Assembly (NCBI GenBank): GCA_964435515.1
Contig: CAYSZD010000003.1
Location: 13,080-77,079 of the forward strand
DNA from: an uncultured Gammaproteobacteria bacterium
GTDB taxonomy: Bacteria > Patescibacteriota > Patescibacteriia > Patescibacteriales > UBA12465
Direction: 5' to 3'
DNA length: 64,000 nucleotides
Shown: one piece after another, positions 16,284 through 25,791 of the stretch
Numbering within the stretch: the first letter of the stretch is position 1
How the letters are laid out: every line of letters begins with the position of its first letter
Translations under genes and position numbers: made by a program
Notes under the pieces: generated by a model
Seen by the model: only the letters and a program-made list of their open reading frames with translations
The model's database searches: none
What the model was told of the DNA's origin: nothing

Positions 16284-17894
16284 TTATAAAGTTTCTCCGC
16301 CAAAATTTGCTAATAGACTACCCAAAGCAGCTGAATTTTTTGGTAATTCTTGATTAGATTCTAAGCTTTTTAGCTCTGATTTGTCAATATTAGCCTCTTC
16401 TTGCTTGTTATCAGATAATTCTAATTTTTCATCTAATATAGCATCAATTTGCACTTTAGCATTATAAACCTCCGACAAAGTATCTTCTGTTAAAGATTTG
16501 ATAGCAGCACTAATTATTCTATCTCGATGAAATTTATATTTAAAATGTAGAGTCATTATTCCGCTCTTTAAAGCACTAGGCAGACAATTTTGTAATACAA
16601 AAGATAAAGAATGATTATGTTTTTTTATTTTCACCAAGACCTCTGGCCACCGAGTCAAAACTTCTTCTTGTGTTAAATCAAGAGCTAGGTTTTTTATAAT
16701 TTCTTTATTTTCTTTTTTATCATCACTAATTTCTTTGACTGATATTTTAGGACTAACCGTTAAAGGTTTGCTTCCACTTGTCACTGGATCATTGTTTTTT
16801 GCAGTCGGAAGACATAATTCCACCACAGCAATTTCAATAGCCAACTGATTAATGTTATTAAGTCCAATTCTAGCAAGTTCTAAAAATTTCTTTAACATCC
16901 TCAAAGTCTCAGACAGACTACAATCTTTAGCTGCTTTTGTAATCTTTATCTCTAATTGCTCACCCAAATCTAAACTTAACTTTTCTGCTAAACCAGGCTG
17001 TAGATTTTGTAACATTATTTTACGCAATAAGAACAAAATATCTTCTAAAAAATTTTTAAAATTAATTCCATTATCAGCTAATGTATTTATTATACTAATA
17101 GCCGTAGCTGCGTCTTGACGAGATAGAGCGTCAATTATATCTAAAGCCTCATGTTGGTTATGTCTTGGCAATACTAGCTCAGCGGTTTCAGCGCTAATTT
17201 TCTTTTCTCCTAAAGCTAATACTTGACCAAAAAGACTTTCAGCATCTCTTAAATGCCCACCTGATTGCTTAGCAATATTTTCTAAAACAGCAGTTTCTAC
17301 CTCAATCTTTTCAGCTTGAGCTATAATTTTTAATTTTTTAACAATCTCCTGAGAACTTATCCGTCTAAAATCAAAACGTTGACACCGGGAAATAATTGTT
17401 AAAGGTACTTTATGAGCTTCAGTAGTACAAAGAATAAAAACAATATGCTTTGGTGGCTCTTCTAACGTTTTAAGTAAAGCGTTAAAGGCATTAATAGATA
17501 ACATGTGAACCTCATCAATAATAAAAACTTTTGTTTTTAAATAACTAGGAGCTAAACGTACAGAAGCAATAATATTATCTCTAACATTATCAACACCAGT
17601 ATTAGAAGCGGCGTCTATTTCCATAACATCCAAGGCCTTACCCAGTTTTATACTAGAACAAGCCTGGCACTCACCGCAGGGTTCTGATTCCCCATCTTTA
17701 CGATTCTCACAATTAATTGATTGTGCCAAGATACGAGCCATACTTGTTTTACCAACAGCTCGAGGACCACAAAAAAGATAGGCATGAGCTAAAGTATTAG
17801 TCGCTATCTCATTTTGCAAAGTTACTTTTAAATGATTTTGACCCAAAATCTCACTAAATTTTTGTGGTCGATAATTACGATATAAAGCAGACAT
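16284..17894 (-). CDS. dnaX: DNA polymerase III subunit gamma/tau
   Basis: YRPQKF, Walker A GPRAVGKTS, zinc module CGECQAC, DEVHML and SRCQRF. Confidence 0.93.
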   Translation of the reverse strand: MSALYRNYRPQKFSEILGQNHLKVTLQNEIATNTLAHAYLFCGPRAVGKTSMARILAQSINCENRKDGESEPCGECQACSSIKLGKALDVMEIDAASNTGVDNVRDNIIASVRLAPSYLKTKVFIIDEVHMLSINAFNALLKTLEEPPKHIVFILCTTEAHKVPLTIISRCQRFDFRRISSQEIVKKLKIIAQAEKIEVETAVLENIAKQSGGHLRDAESLFGQVLALGEKKISAETAELVLPRHNQHEALDIIDALSRQDAATAISIINTLADNGINFKNFLEDILFLLRKIMLQNLQPGLAEKLSLDLGEQLEIKITKAAKDCSLSETLRMLKKFLELARIGLNNINQLAIEIAVVELCLPTAKNNDPVTSGSKPLTVSPKISVKEISDDKKENKEIIKNLALDLTQEEVLTRWPEVLVKIKKHNHSLSFVLQNCLPSALKSGIMTLHFKYKFHRDRIISAAIKSLTEDTLSEVYNAKVQIDAILDEKLELSDNKQEEANIDKSELKSLESNQELPKNSAALGSLLANFGGETL

Positions 17895-17907
17895 AATAAA
17901 AAAATAA

Positions 17908-20451
17908 TTATTGTTTAAGAGGTGATGGCGAATCCATAACTATCTCAGTTCGCCTAATAATATTAGCTTCAACAATTGAACGATCTTGACCAAATTTTAA
18001 GCGGCTCAAAGTTCTTATCTTAGTTGACATATCAGGACGCGCTACACCAAGCAATGGCCAAACGGTTTTTATAGAAAATGGTCGAGTCGCACTATTATCA
18101 ACTAATAATTTAATATAGGCCGTTCCTTTATCAATATTAATTAGATCATAGGCGTTAAAAACAGGTGAAAATTCTTTAACTAAAAATTCGGCATCTTCTG
18201 TACCAATTTTAAAACTAATCATTGTGCCCACGTTACCAAAAACAGCATCTTTAATTTCGGTATTATTATTCTTGCTCAACTGGCCAATATACTGATGGGC
18301 AATAATTAGATTTAAAGCATATTTTCTAGCTTCAGATAAAATCTGACAAATAGATGAAGTAGTAAAGTTCTGAAACTCATCAATATAAAGATAGAAATCT
18401 TTTCTATCTTCCGCTTTCATATCAGTACGAGACAAAGACGCCATTAATATTTTACCAACAATAATCATACCCAAAAGATAAGCATTCATTTCACCAACTA
18501 CACCTTTAGGTAGATCGATTAACAATATTTTTTGACGATCCATTAAATCACGAAAGTTGAAAGAGCTTTTTTGCTGACCAATAATTGGACGCATCATGTC
18601 ATTAGAAATGAAAGCAGTAAGTTTAGAAGTGATATAAGGAACAATGTTCGCTAAAGCAGCATCACCGCCAGCCTTCTCAGCTTCTTTCTTCCAAAAATCC
18701 ACCACCGTTCTATTCTTACACCTAGATAATTTTAGACGTCTAAAATTCTCATCTGATAAAACTTTAGGTATCTCCATTAAAGTAGAACCACTCTCAGGAT
18801 CTTCCATAATTAACAATAGAGCATTTCTCATATACTGCTCAAACATTGGCCCACCTGTCTGCTTTAAATCATATAATTTATCAAAGATACCAATCATTTC
18901 ATTAATCACAAAACTCTTTTGTTCTGGATAGCGAGGGTCATATTCTAATAGATTTAAAGATAAGGGTCTTTCGGTATCAGCTGGTGAAAAAATCACCACA
19001 TCTTCTGCTCTTTCGGGCGGAATTCTTTGTAGAATATCTTCAATTAAATCTCCATGAGGGTCAAGAACACAGACCCCTTCTCCATTTTGAATATCTTGAA
19101 CAGCCATATTGGTTAACAAAACAGATTTACCAACACCAGATTTACCAATAATATAAGTATGTCGACGCCTATCTTGCCCCTTCATTCTTATCTCTTTATT
19201 AACACCTCGATAGACATTATTGCCTAACAATAGACCTTCATTAGGAAGATCAGCCGGAGCAGGAGCACTTTTAGCTGTTAGCCAAAGAATATTAGGTGTC
19301 TCCATGTGTTTTAAGGGTAAATGAAAAACACTGGTCAGTTCTTCGGTATTTAATAAAAAAGAAGCATCTTCACGAAAACGGCGATAAATAAAATCTTTAA
19401 TTTGTCTTTCCTGATTAGTCTTAATAGCCCTTGAAAAATGATTACCGTAACTATAATTATTAAATTCCGTAAAAACACTAGCAATATTTTCTAAATAAGC
19501 AGCTGATCTCTCTTTACTAGCAGTTGATACCACCAAACGTAAATTAACATCAAGACCAGCTCTTAAATTCTTTTCTTCAATTGTTTTTAAAGTCTCCTCC
19601 TCTACCGCTGATAAGTGTTTAGAGTTTTGTAATGAATTTGGATCTTGTGGTTTAGAGCTACTAGCTATAGACAAAGTATCTCCTATTTCTTTAAAAGCCT
19701 GACTAAGTCCAGATTGATTAATGCCATCACTAACTGAATTTTTCGTTTGTATCCGACGCACTATCTTCCTTACTTTACGATGCCAAGATCCAAGAGCGCT
19801 TCTAACTATATATTGAACAGCAATACTTTCATCTTTATCTAACTTAGACATCACATTAATCATGGAATTTAATGGATCAACCTCCATTTTCTGATAAGTG
19901 CGCAATGGCAAAACAAAGCTCTTTTTAGTTTTTAAATAAGCACTAGCTATATTACTATTTGCTTGAAAAATATTATAATCTTCAAGCTCTTCGATAACTG
20001 CCTCTGGATAGTAAGCGTTAATTTGTTGCTCCATATAACGAGATAACGCTCTCGGAGCAACTACGTAAAAAGCAATCTTATTAGCATGTGCTACTATCTC
20101 AAAAGAAAAATGATCATTTCTACCAAAAAACCAAGCAATAAATCCTTTTTGAGCCTTAAGTCCACCAATGCTAGCAAAAATAGTTTCACCTTTAGCTATC
20201 TCTTCCCTTGTCTGTTGTAGAGTGTCTTCCCTTTTTTCATCTTCTGGCTTTTCTTTAGGTAATTTAATTAAAAAAATTTGATGATCAAAATAATTATTAT
20301 TACCAAAAAAATGACGCACAATAAGACGAATAAATAATACGAGCAAGAGAAATAAAGCTAAAACTATAATCAAAACAAATAAACTAAGTAAAAGAGCTCC
20401 TGCTGGAGTGCTAAAAAAATCAGGGATTATTTGTTCAATTGATTGAAACAT
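17908..20451 (-). CDS. membrane protein with a C-terminal VirD4/TraD/TraG-like (type IV coupling protein-like) P-loop ATPase
   Basis: N-terminal TM helix plus an ~410-aa module. Then Walker A IIGKSGVGKSVLL, VLDPHGD, Walker B YLYIDEFQNF, and the AHQYIGQL / GNVGTMISFK motifs typical of the T4CP/FtsK-HerA superfamily. Confidence 0.7.
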   Translation of the reverse strand: MFQSIEQIIPDFFSTPAGALLLSLFVLIIVLALFLLLVLFIRLIVRHFFGNNNYFDHQIFLIKLPKEKPEDEKREDTLQQTREEIAKGETIFASIGGLKAQKGFIAWFFGRNDHFSFEIVAHANKIAFYVVAPRALSRYMEQQINAYYPEAVIEELEDYNIFQANSNIASAYLKTKKSFVLPLRTYQKMEVDPLNSMINVMSKLDKDESIAVQYIVRSALGSWHRKVRKIVRRIQTKNSVSDGINQSGLSQAFKEIGDTLSIASSSKPQDPNSLQNSKHLSAVEEETLKTIEEKNLRAGLDVNLRLVVSTASKERSAAYLENIASVFTEFNNYSYGNHFSRAIKTNQERQIKDFIYRRFREDASFLLNTEELTSVFHLPLKHMETPNILWLTAKSAPAPADLPNEGLLLGNNVYRGVNKEIRMKGQDRRRHTYIIGKSGVGKSVLLTNMAVQDIQNGEGVCVLDPHGDLIEDILQRIPPERAEDVVIFSPADTERPLSLNLLEYDPRYPEQKSFVINEMIGIFDKLYDLKQTGGPMFEQYMRNALLLIMEDPESGSTLMEIPKVLSDENFRRLKLSRCKNRTVVDFWKKEAEKAGGDAALANIVPYITSKLTAFISNDMMRPIIGQQKSSFNFRDLMDRQKILLIDLPKGVVGEMNAYLLGMIIVGKILMASLSRTDMKAEDRKDFYLYIDEFQNFTTSSICQILSEARKYALNLIIAHQYIGQLSKNNNTEIKDAVFGNVGTMISFKIGTEDAEFLVKEFSPVFNAYDLINIDKGTAYIKLLVDNSATRPFSIKTVWPLLGVARPDMSTKIRTLSRLKFGQDRSIVEANIIRRTEIVMDSPSPLKQ

Positions 20452-20456
20452 ATAAA

Positions 20457-20942
20457 TTATAAATTTTTCTTAATATTTAAAATCTTATCTGCCTTAATTT
20501 TCACTTCTTGTTCAAGAAAAAAACGATTAATACGAGGGATTAAACTTAGCCAACGACGAATTAGGCTAACAATTTTATCTGCGCTAACGCGAGCCTTACC
20601 TAATAAAGTGCTAATTTTTTTAGCCGTTTTTTCACCCTCATCTTTAAAGCGCTTTTGCTCACTTGGCCTCATCTCCAAAAAAGCCTTATCCAATCCACTG
20701 GACATAATATCCTCAATAGCTTGCAATTTTTTAGTTTCATAATCATCAGGCGACACTAAAACCTTAGGCGCACTACTTTTCAAAGGTAGATGAATCTTCT
20801 TTTTCAAAGGCAAGGTGCTTTTATTCTCCACCTTTTCCACTTTCTCTAACTTTTTCTCTGGAATTGATTCTACTTTAGACTGAGATTCATGAGATTCAGA
20901 AACGGGAATTTTAATTTGTTCTAAATTTGATTCTTTAGCCAT
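20457..20942 (-). CDS. hypothetical charged protein
   Basis: 161-aa ORF with a K/E-rich N-terminal half and an amphipathic C-terminus. It starts 3 nt after the ferredoxin stop, so it is probably translationally coupled. Confidence 0.55.
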   Translation of the reverse strand: MAKESNLEQIKIPVSESHESQSKVESIPEKKLEKVEKVENKSTLPLKKKIHLPLKSSAPKVLVSPDDYETKKLQAIEDIMSSGLDKAFLEMRPSEQKRFKDEGEKTAKKISTLLGKARVSADKIVSLIRRWLSLIPRINRFFLEQEVKIKADKILNIKKNL

Positions 20943-20945
20943 ATA

Positions 20946-21119
20946 CTATGAAATAGTTATTGCCTTAACTGGACAATTATTAGCAGCTTTTTGAGCACAT
21001 GCTTGATTGTCGTCAGCTAAGACTTCCGCCTTATAATCTTCGTTCATCATAAAAGTCTCTGGGCAAATACTAGCACAAAGACCGCAACCAATACATTCAT
21101 TTTGATTAAGCTTAATCAT
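20946..21119 (-). CDS. fdx: small [4Fe-4S] ferredoxin (57 aa), absent from the ORF track
   Basis: Hand translation gives MIKLNQNECIGCGLCASICPETFMMNEDYKAEVLADDNQACAQKAANNCPVKAITIS. It carries CxxCxxCxxxCP ... C ... CP, as in Thermotoga/Pyrococcus-type monocluster ferredoxins. Confidence 0.85.
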   Translation of the reverse strand: MIKLNQNECIGCGLCASICPETFMMNEDYKAEVLADDNQACAQKAANNCPVKAITIS

Positions 21120-21189
21120 ATCTTTGATACAGAAAAATAAAAGTTTTACACTTTATTTTCATTATCTTTAATTAATTTTTTCTGTTTAA

Positions 21190-21198
21190 ATTATATCA
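21190..21198 (-). promoter_or_regulatory. extended -10 box TGATATAAT upstream of the fdx-led minus-strand operon
   Basis: The minus strand reads AAGTATGATATAATTT, about 70 nt upstream of the fdx ATG. Confidence 0.5.
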
Positions 21199-21254
21199 TA
21201 CTTTTAAAAAAATTACAGCCCGAGTTAAAGCTTTTTTACAGTAGTTATTGATCA

Positions 21255-21283
21255 TTGACAGACCCTAGTTATTTTGTTATATT
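21255..21283 (+). promoter_or_regulatory. sigma70-type promoter of rpmA (TTGACA-17-TATATT)
   Basis: TTGACA at 21255-21260, exact 17-nt spacer, TATATT at 21278-21283. Confidence 0.7.
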
Positions 21284-21365
21284 AGCAATGTTAGTTTATA
21301 CATTTTTAATGAAAAGCGGTCAGCCGTTTTCTTTTTATTAAGAAAATCTGACCAAAATCACCTCT

Positions 21366-21641
21366 ATGGCACATAAGAAAGCCGGCGGCTCAACCGCCTT
21401 AGGCCGAGATTCAGAGAGTAAGCGTTTAGGCGTAAAACTATCTGACGGCCAAAAAGCCAAAGCTGGCAACATTATTATCCGCCAACGCGGAACTAAATAT
21501 CATCCAGGCGAAAATGTACGTCGCGGTAACGACGATACTCTTTTTGCAGTAGCTGATGGTTTAGTAAAATTTGCTAGTAAAAAATTGATGAAATTTAATG
21601 GAAAGTTAAAAGATAGTAAAATTGTCAGTGTTGTTAAATAA
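21366..21641 (+). CDS. rpmA: 50S ribosomal protein L27
   Basis: [10 protein letters not shown]...[13 protein letters not shown]. Confidence 0.95.
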   Translation: MAHKKAGGSTALGRDSESKRLGVKLSDGQKAKAGNIIIRQRGTKYHPGENVRRGNDDTLFAVADGLVKFASKKLMKFNGKLKDSKIVSVVK

Positions 21642-21651
21642 ACAATATACA

Positions 21652-21692
21652 ATATAAAAAAAGACTCATTTTAATTAATGAGTCTTTTTTTA
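21652..21692. terminator. bidirectional terminator between rpmA and pyrG
   Basis: AAGACTCATT / AATGAGTCTT 10-bp stem with a 6-nt loop, flanked by A-run and T-run. Confidence 0.8.
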
Positions 21693-21704
21693 TGCTAATA
21701 AATA

Positions 21705-23387
21705 TTATTTTTTTCCTTTTAATGAAGCCCGAACAAACTCTACAAACAAAGGATGAGGGGCAAGCGGTCGAGAAATATATTCTGGATGAAACTGAACACC
21801 CACGAAAAAAGGATGATCTTTTATTTCTATAGCTTCTACAATTTGATGATCAGGAGAAGTTCCAGATATGATTAAACCTAATTTTTCAAACTGCTCACGA
21901 TAGTCATTATTAAATTCATATCTATGGCGATGACGCTCGGATACTATTTTTTTATCACTATATTTTGCATAAGCCGATGCTAAGCGAGTATCTGGTTTTA
22001 ACAAACAAGGCCAAGCACCTAAACGTATAGTACCACCATAACCCTTTTCGGCAATTAACTTCTCTTGACCAGGCATAATATGTATTACCGGATTAGTTGT
22101 TTTAGGATTTATTTCAGCTGAATTAGCATCTTTTAAACCAGCCACATTACGAGCAAATTCAATTACTGCCATTTGCATGCCATAGCATAGACCAAAATAT
22201 GGAACTTTATTCTTACGACAATATTCAATCGCTTTAATCTTACCTTCGGAACCCCTACCTCCCCATCCTTGAGGAATGATAAGTCCATCCATTGATTTTA
22301 GTACAGCAATGCCATCATCTTCAACTTCTTCAGCGCTTAACCAATGAAGATTAACCTTACAATGATTAACAGCGGCAGCGTGTTTTGTGGCTTCAATCAC
22401 TGAAATATATGAATCAGACAAAGAAAAATCTCCAGTTTTAAAATATTTACCAACTATTCCTATTTCTACACTTTTTTTCTGGTTCTTAGTAGCAACAACA
22501 AACTTCTTCCATGCATCATTATCTGCTTCTTTTTTCCTTGGCTTTAAGTTTAATTTATGCAGAATTCTATTACCTAAATTTTCTTTTTCAAAATTCAAAG
22601 GAATATCATAAATAGAATCAGCATCAGGAGCGGCAATAACATCTTCAATGGCCACATTACAATGAATTGCGAGTTTTTCTTTTCTAGTATGATCAATCGG
22701 CTTTTCACTACGAGCAATGAGAAAATCAGGTTGAATACCAGCACTATTTAAACTTCTGACTGCATGTTGAGTTGGCTTGGTTTTCATTTCTCCAATTTTA
22801 CTCGGTAAAGGTAAATATGAAACCATTACAAAAAGAACATCTTTAGGATTATAGAGTTTCATTACTCTAGCTGCTTCTAAAAATAATAAATTTTCATATT
22901 CGCCTACAGTACCGCCTATCTCAATAGTCATTATTTCTGCTTGAGTCTTTAAAGCTGCTTTATCAATCCTATCTCTAATCTCCATGGGTATATGAGGAAC
23001 AACTTGAACACATTTGCCCTTATATTCTAAATTCCTTTCTCTGTTAATAACTGTTTGATAGACGCGACCAGTGGTCATGTAATTTTCACGATAGATATTC
23101 TTATTCAAAAAACGTTCATAATTACCCAAATCCTGATCAGTTTCATCACCATCATCAGTCACAAAAACTTCTCCATGTTCAATCGGATTCATTGTGCCCG
23201 CATCCACATTAATATAGGGGTCTATTTTAATAGCACTGACATTAAAACCTCGAGCTTGAAGTATTTGTCCAATTGAGGCAGCACTCACCCCTTTCCCTAC
23301 GCCAGACATAACACCGCCAACGACAAAAATATATTTTACTCTTTTCTTTTTTAGCTGACTTTTTGTTAAATTATTGATTTTAGGCAT
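21705..23387 (-). CDS. pyrG: CTP synthase
   Basis: KYIFVVGGVMSGVGKG N-terminus. GATase domain with GLCYGMQ and HRHRYEFN. Confidence 0.95.
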   Translation of the reverse strand: MPKINNLTKSQLKKKRVKYIFVVGGVMSGVGKGVSAASIGQILQARGFNVSAIKIDPYINVDAGTMNPIEHGEVFVTDDGDETDQDLGNYERFLNKNIYRENYMTTGRVYQTVINRERNLEYKGKCVQVVPHIPMEIRDRIDKAALKTQAEIMTIEIGGTVGEYENLLFLEAARVMKLYNPKDVLFVMVSYLPLPSKIGEMKTKPTQHAVRSLNSAGIQPDFLIARSEKPIDHTRKEKLAIHCNVAIEDVIAAPDADSIYDIPLNFEKENLGNRILHKLNLKPRKKEADNDAWKKFVVATKNQKKSVEIGIVGKYFKTGDFSLSDSYISVIEATKHAAAVNHCKVNLHWLSAEEVEDDGIAVLKSMDGLIIPQGWGGRGSEGKIKAIEYCRKNKVPYFGLCYGMQMAVIEFARNVAGLKDANSAEINPKTTNPVIHIMPGQEKLIAEKGYGGTIRLGAWPCLLKPDTRLASAYAKYSDKKIVSERHRHRYEFNNDYREQFEKLGLIISGTSPDHQIVEAIEIKDHPFFVGVQFHPEYISRPLAPHPLFVEFVRASLKGKK

Positions 23388-23431
23388 AGTAAAATAAAGC
23401 CGCTACACTTTAGTTAACTTGATTATTTTTA

Positions 23432-24664
23432 TTATTTATTATTTAAAATTAAATCTACTGCCTTTTGCAGTTGGGGGTCTCTATCAGCACTAACGTCTTC
23501 TTTAGTAATCTCTACTTCAATCTCCGGGTCAATGCCTTTGTCATTAATATAATCACCACCAGGAGTCAACCACTGGGCCACAGTAATCTTTAATGAAGAT
23601 CCATCACTTAAATCACGTAAACTCTGTACCGAACCCTTCCCATATGATTTTTGGCCTAACAATGTGGCCTTTTTATAATCCCTTAAAGCGCCAGCTACTA
23701 TCTCTGAAGCAGAAGCACTACCACCATTAATCAGAACAACTGTTTTGAAATTTTTTAAAGGAGCACTACCACTAGCAAAATATTCTTCTCTACCCCCTTC
23801 GCCAAACTGTTCCACTACTACTGGTCCTTCCGGTATCCAAGCGCTAGCCATAGAAATAGCAGTATTTAGATAACCTCCAGGATTATTACGTAAATCAAGA
23901 ATAAGACCCTTTGGATTTTTTAATAATGTTTCTTGAATAGCCTCTAAAAATAGGGCTTCAGTATCATCATTAAAATTACTAACTGTAATAAGCATTACAC
24001 CATCGGAACGCATCTCGGTTTTAACACTTTTAACTACAATTAAGCCTCTAATAATACTAATGTCTAATGGCTTATCTTCATCATCTCTTATAACAGTAAG
24101 CACAACTTCAGAATTTTTAGTACCTCTTATTTTCTTCACTGCCTCATCAACGCTCATGCCCAAGGTACTTTCACCATCAATAGCATATATTCTATCCCCT
24201 GCTCTAAGGCCAGCCTTCTCAGCAGGCATACCAGCTAAAGGGGCAATAATTGTAATAATATCATTACGCATACCTACCTCAGCTCCAATACCTTCAAAAG
24301 TACCAGACATATCGCTAGCAAATTCTTTAGCTTCTTCAGGGTCCATAAAAGTAGTATAAGGATCATTCATTGACTCGGCTAAGCCCCGCAAAGAACCATA
24401 AAACATCTGTTCATCGCTGATTTTGTTTTTATCTACATAATCACGTTTTAAACGATCCCAAACTTCCCAATATAAATTAAAATTAAAATCAGAGCTATCA
24501 GATATTTGTCCAGCTTCTGGCGAATAGGCTAATTGACGAACATTATAATTAGCACCCTTACCACCTGACAAAATTATACCGGCTCCAAAAGAAAACAACA
24601 TTAAAACTACAATTACTATCCCAACAACTTTAGGTTTATTCTTCATTTTATTATATAAATTCAT
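23432..24664 (-). CDS. S41 carboxy-terminal processing peptidase
   Basis: N-terminal TM, PDZ region (GLRAGDRIYAIDG), the S41 serine motif GGSASASEIVAGALRD, and GKGSVQ. Confidence 0.88.
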   Translation of the reverse strand: MNLYNKMKNKPKVVGIVIVVLMLFSFGAGIILSGGKGANYNVRQLAYSPEAGQISDSSDFNFNLYWEVWDRLKRDYVDKNKISDEQMFYGSLRGLAESMNDPYTTFMDPEEAKEFASDMSGTFEGIGAEVGMRNDIITIIAPLAGMPAEKAGLRAGDRIYAIDGESTLGMSVDEAVKKIRGTKNSEVVLTVIRDDEDKPLDISIIRGLIVVKSVKTEMRSDGVMLITVSNFNDDTEALFLEAIQETLLKNPKGLILDLRNNPGGYLNTAISMASAWIPEGPVVVEQFGEGGREEYFASGSAPLKNFKTVVLINGGSASASEIVAGALRDYKKATLLGQKSYGKGSVQSLRDLSDGSSLKITVAQWLTPGGDYINDKGIDPEIEVEITKEDVSADRDPQLQKAVDLILNNK

Positions 24665-24667
24665 ATA

Positions 24668-25270
24668 TTAATTACGTAATATTTTTATATTAGCTTCTTC
24701 GTCTAAACTTAAAAGTCTAGAAGCTGTTTTATTTAAATTATTATTTTTTTGAGACAATACGATGAGCGCTGGCCTTGGGCCTGATTTAAAATAATATGGA
24801 GCATCATAAGCAGAAATATTTTTTTGACCACTTATATTTACACTAGTAGAAACAATTGGCACGCCCAATGCTCTTATCATTTTACGCAAAAAAACACTTT
24901 TCGGCAAACGCACTGCTAAATAGGAGTTATTATGAGTAATATTAGAAGATAAAAGATTTCTATGTTTTAATATCACCGAACTTGGACGAGACTCTTGCCA
25001 AATTTCCTTTAATTTTTTTTCCTGTATTTTATTTAAATAACAATATTTCTTTAGCATTGCCATACTAGAAACTAAAACTAATAATGGCTTATTTTTGCCT
25101 CTCTTTTTTATACTATAAATTTTTTCTACCCCCTTTTTATCATCAGCTCTAACTGACAATCCATCAATAGTATCAGTCGGCAGTATAACTACTTCCCCAT
25201 TTTTTAAATAATCTAAAATTATAGTACTAGCTTTACTTATATTTTCCTTATCTAAATCTATCAACTTCAT
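24668..25270 (-). CDS. tsaC: L-threonylcarbamoyladenylate synthase, TsaC/YrdC/Sua5 family
   Basis: ILPTDTIDGLSV (PTDT.YGL-type motif), a KKRGKNKPL segment, and PIVSTSVNISG. Confidence 0.8.
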   Translation of the reverse strand: MKLIDLDKENISKASTIILDYLKNGEVVILPTDTIDGLSVRADDKKGVEKIYSIKKRGKNKPLLVLVSSMAMLKKYCYLNKIQEKKLKEIWQESRPSSVILKHRNLLSSNITHNNSYLAVRLPKSVFLRKMIRALGVPIVSTSVNISGQKNISAYDAPYYFKSGPRPALIVLSQKNNNLNKTASRLLSLDEEANIKILRN

Positions 25271-25271
25271 A

Positions 25272-25787
25272 TTAAATAATAGATTGAAGTGCCTTTAAAG
25301 CTTCAGGTAGAATAGGCATAACTAGATTGACCATTTTAATAAAAAATGGAGCCACTTGAGATGAAATTAAGGTATCACCAAAAAGACCACCTATCCAAGC
25401 ATAACGTGAAATCACAAAAAGTATAATACCAATAAATAAAGAACCCTCTATAAAACCTAATCCAGCGCCTAAAAGATTATTAATAAGTTTAGTAAAAGGA
25501 ATAATGGAAATAAGTTTGAATATTTTCTCCAATATAATAAAGACAAAGTCAATAACTACTGTTACTACAATAAATACAACTATAAAAGATAATACTTTTC
25601 CAAGCGCTTCACGTCCGCCAAAAATATTCTGAGCCCATTGATAAAATTGTAAATAAAAATGACTAGCAATAAAAATGCCAACAATTAGACCAACAATATT
25701 ACCTAAGAGTTTAATAAAGCCTTTAATAAAACCATTAATAACAAAACCGGAAATGAAAACAATTAAAGCAATATCAAAATATGACAT
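25272..25787 (-). CDS. cvpA: CvpA-family membrane protein
   Basis: 171 aa with four hydrophobic helices. The N-terminus MSYFDIALIVFISGFVINGFIKGFIK is typical of CvpA. Confidence 0.7.
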   Translation of the reverse strand: MSYFDIALIVFISGFVINGFIKGFIKLLGNIVGLIVGIFIASHFYLQFYQWAQNIFGGREALGKVLSFIVVFIVVTVVIDFVFIILEKIFKLISIIPFTKLINNLLGAGLGFIEGSLFIGIILFVISRYAWIGGLFGDTLISSQVAPFFIKMVNLVMPILPEALKALQSII

Positions 25788-25791
25788 AATT

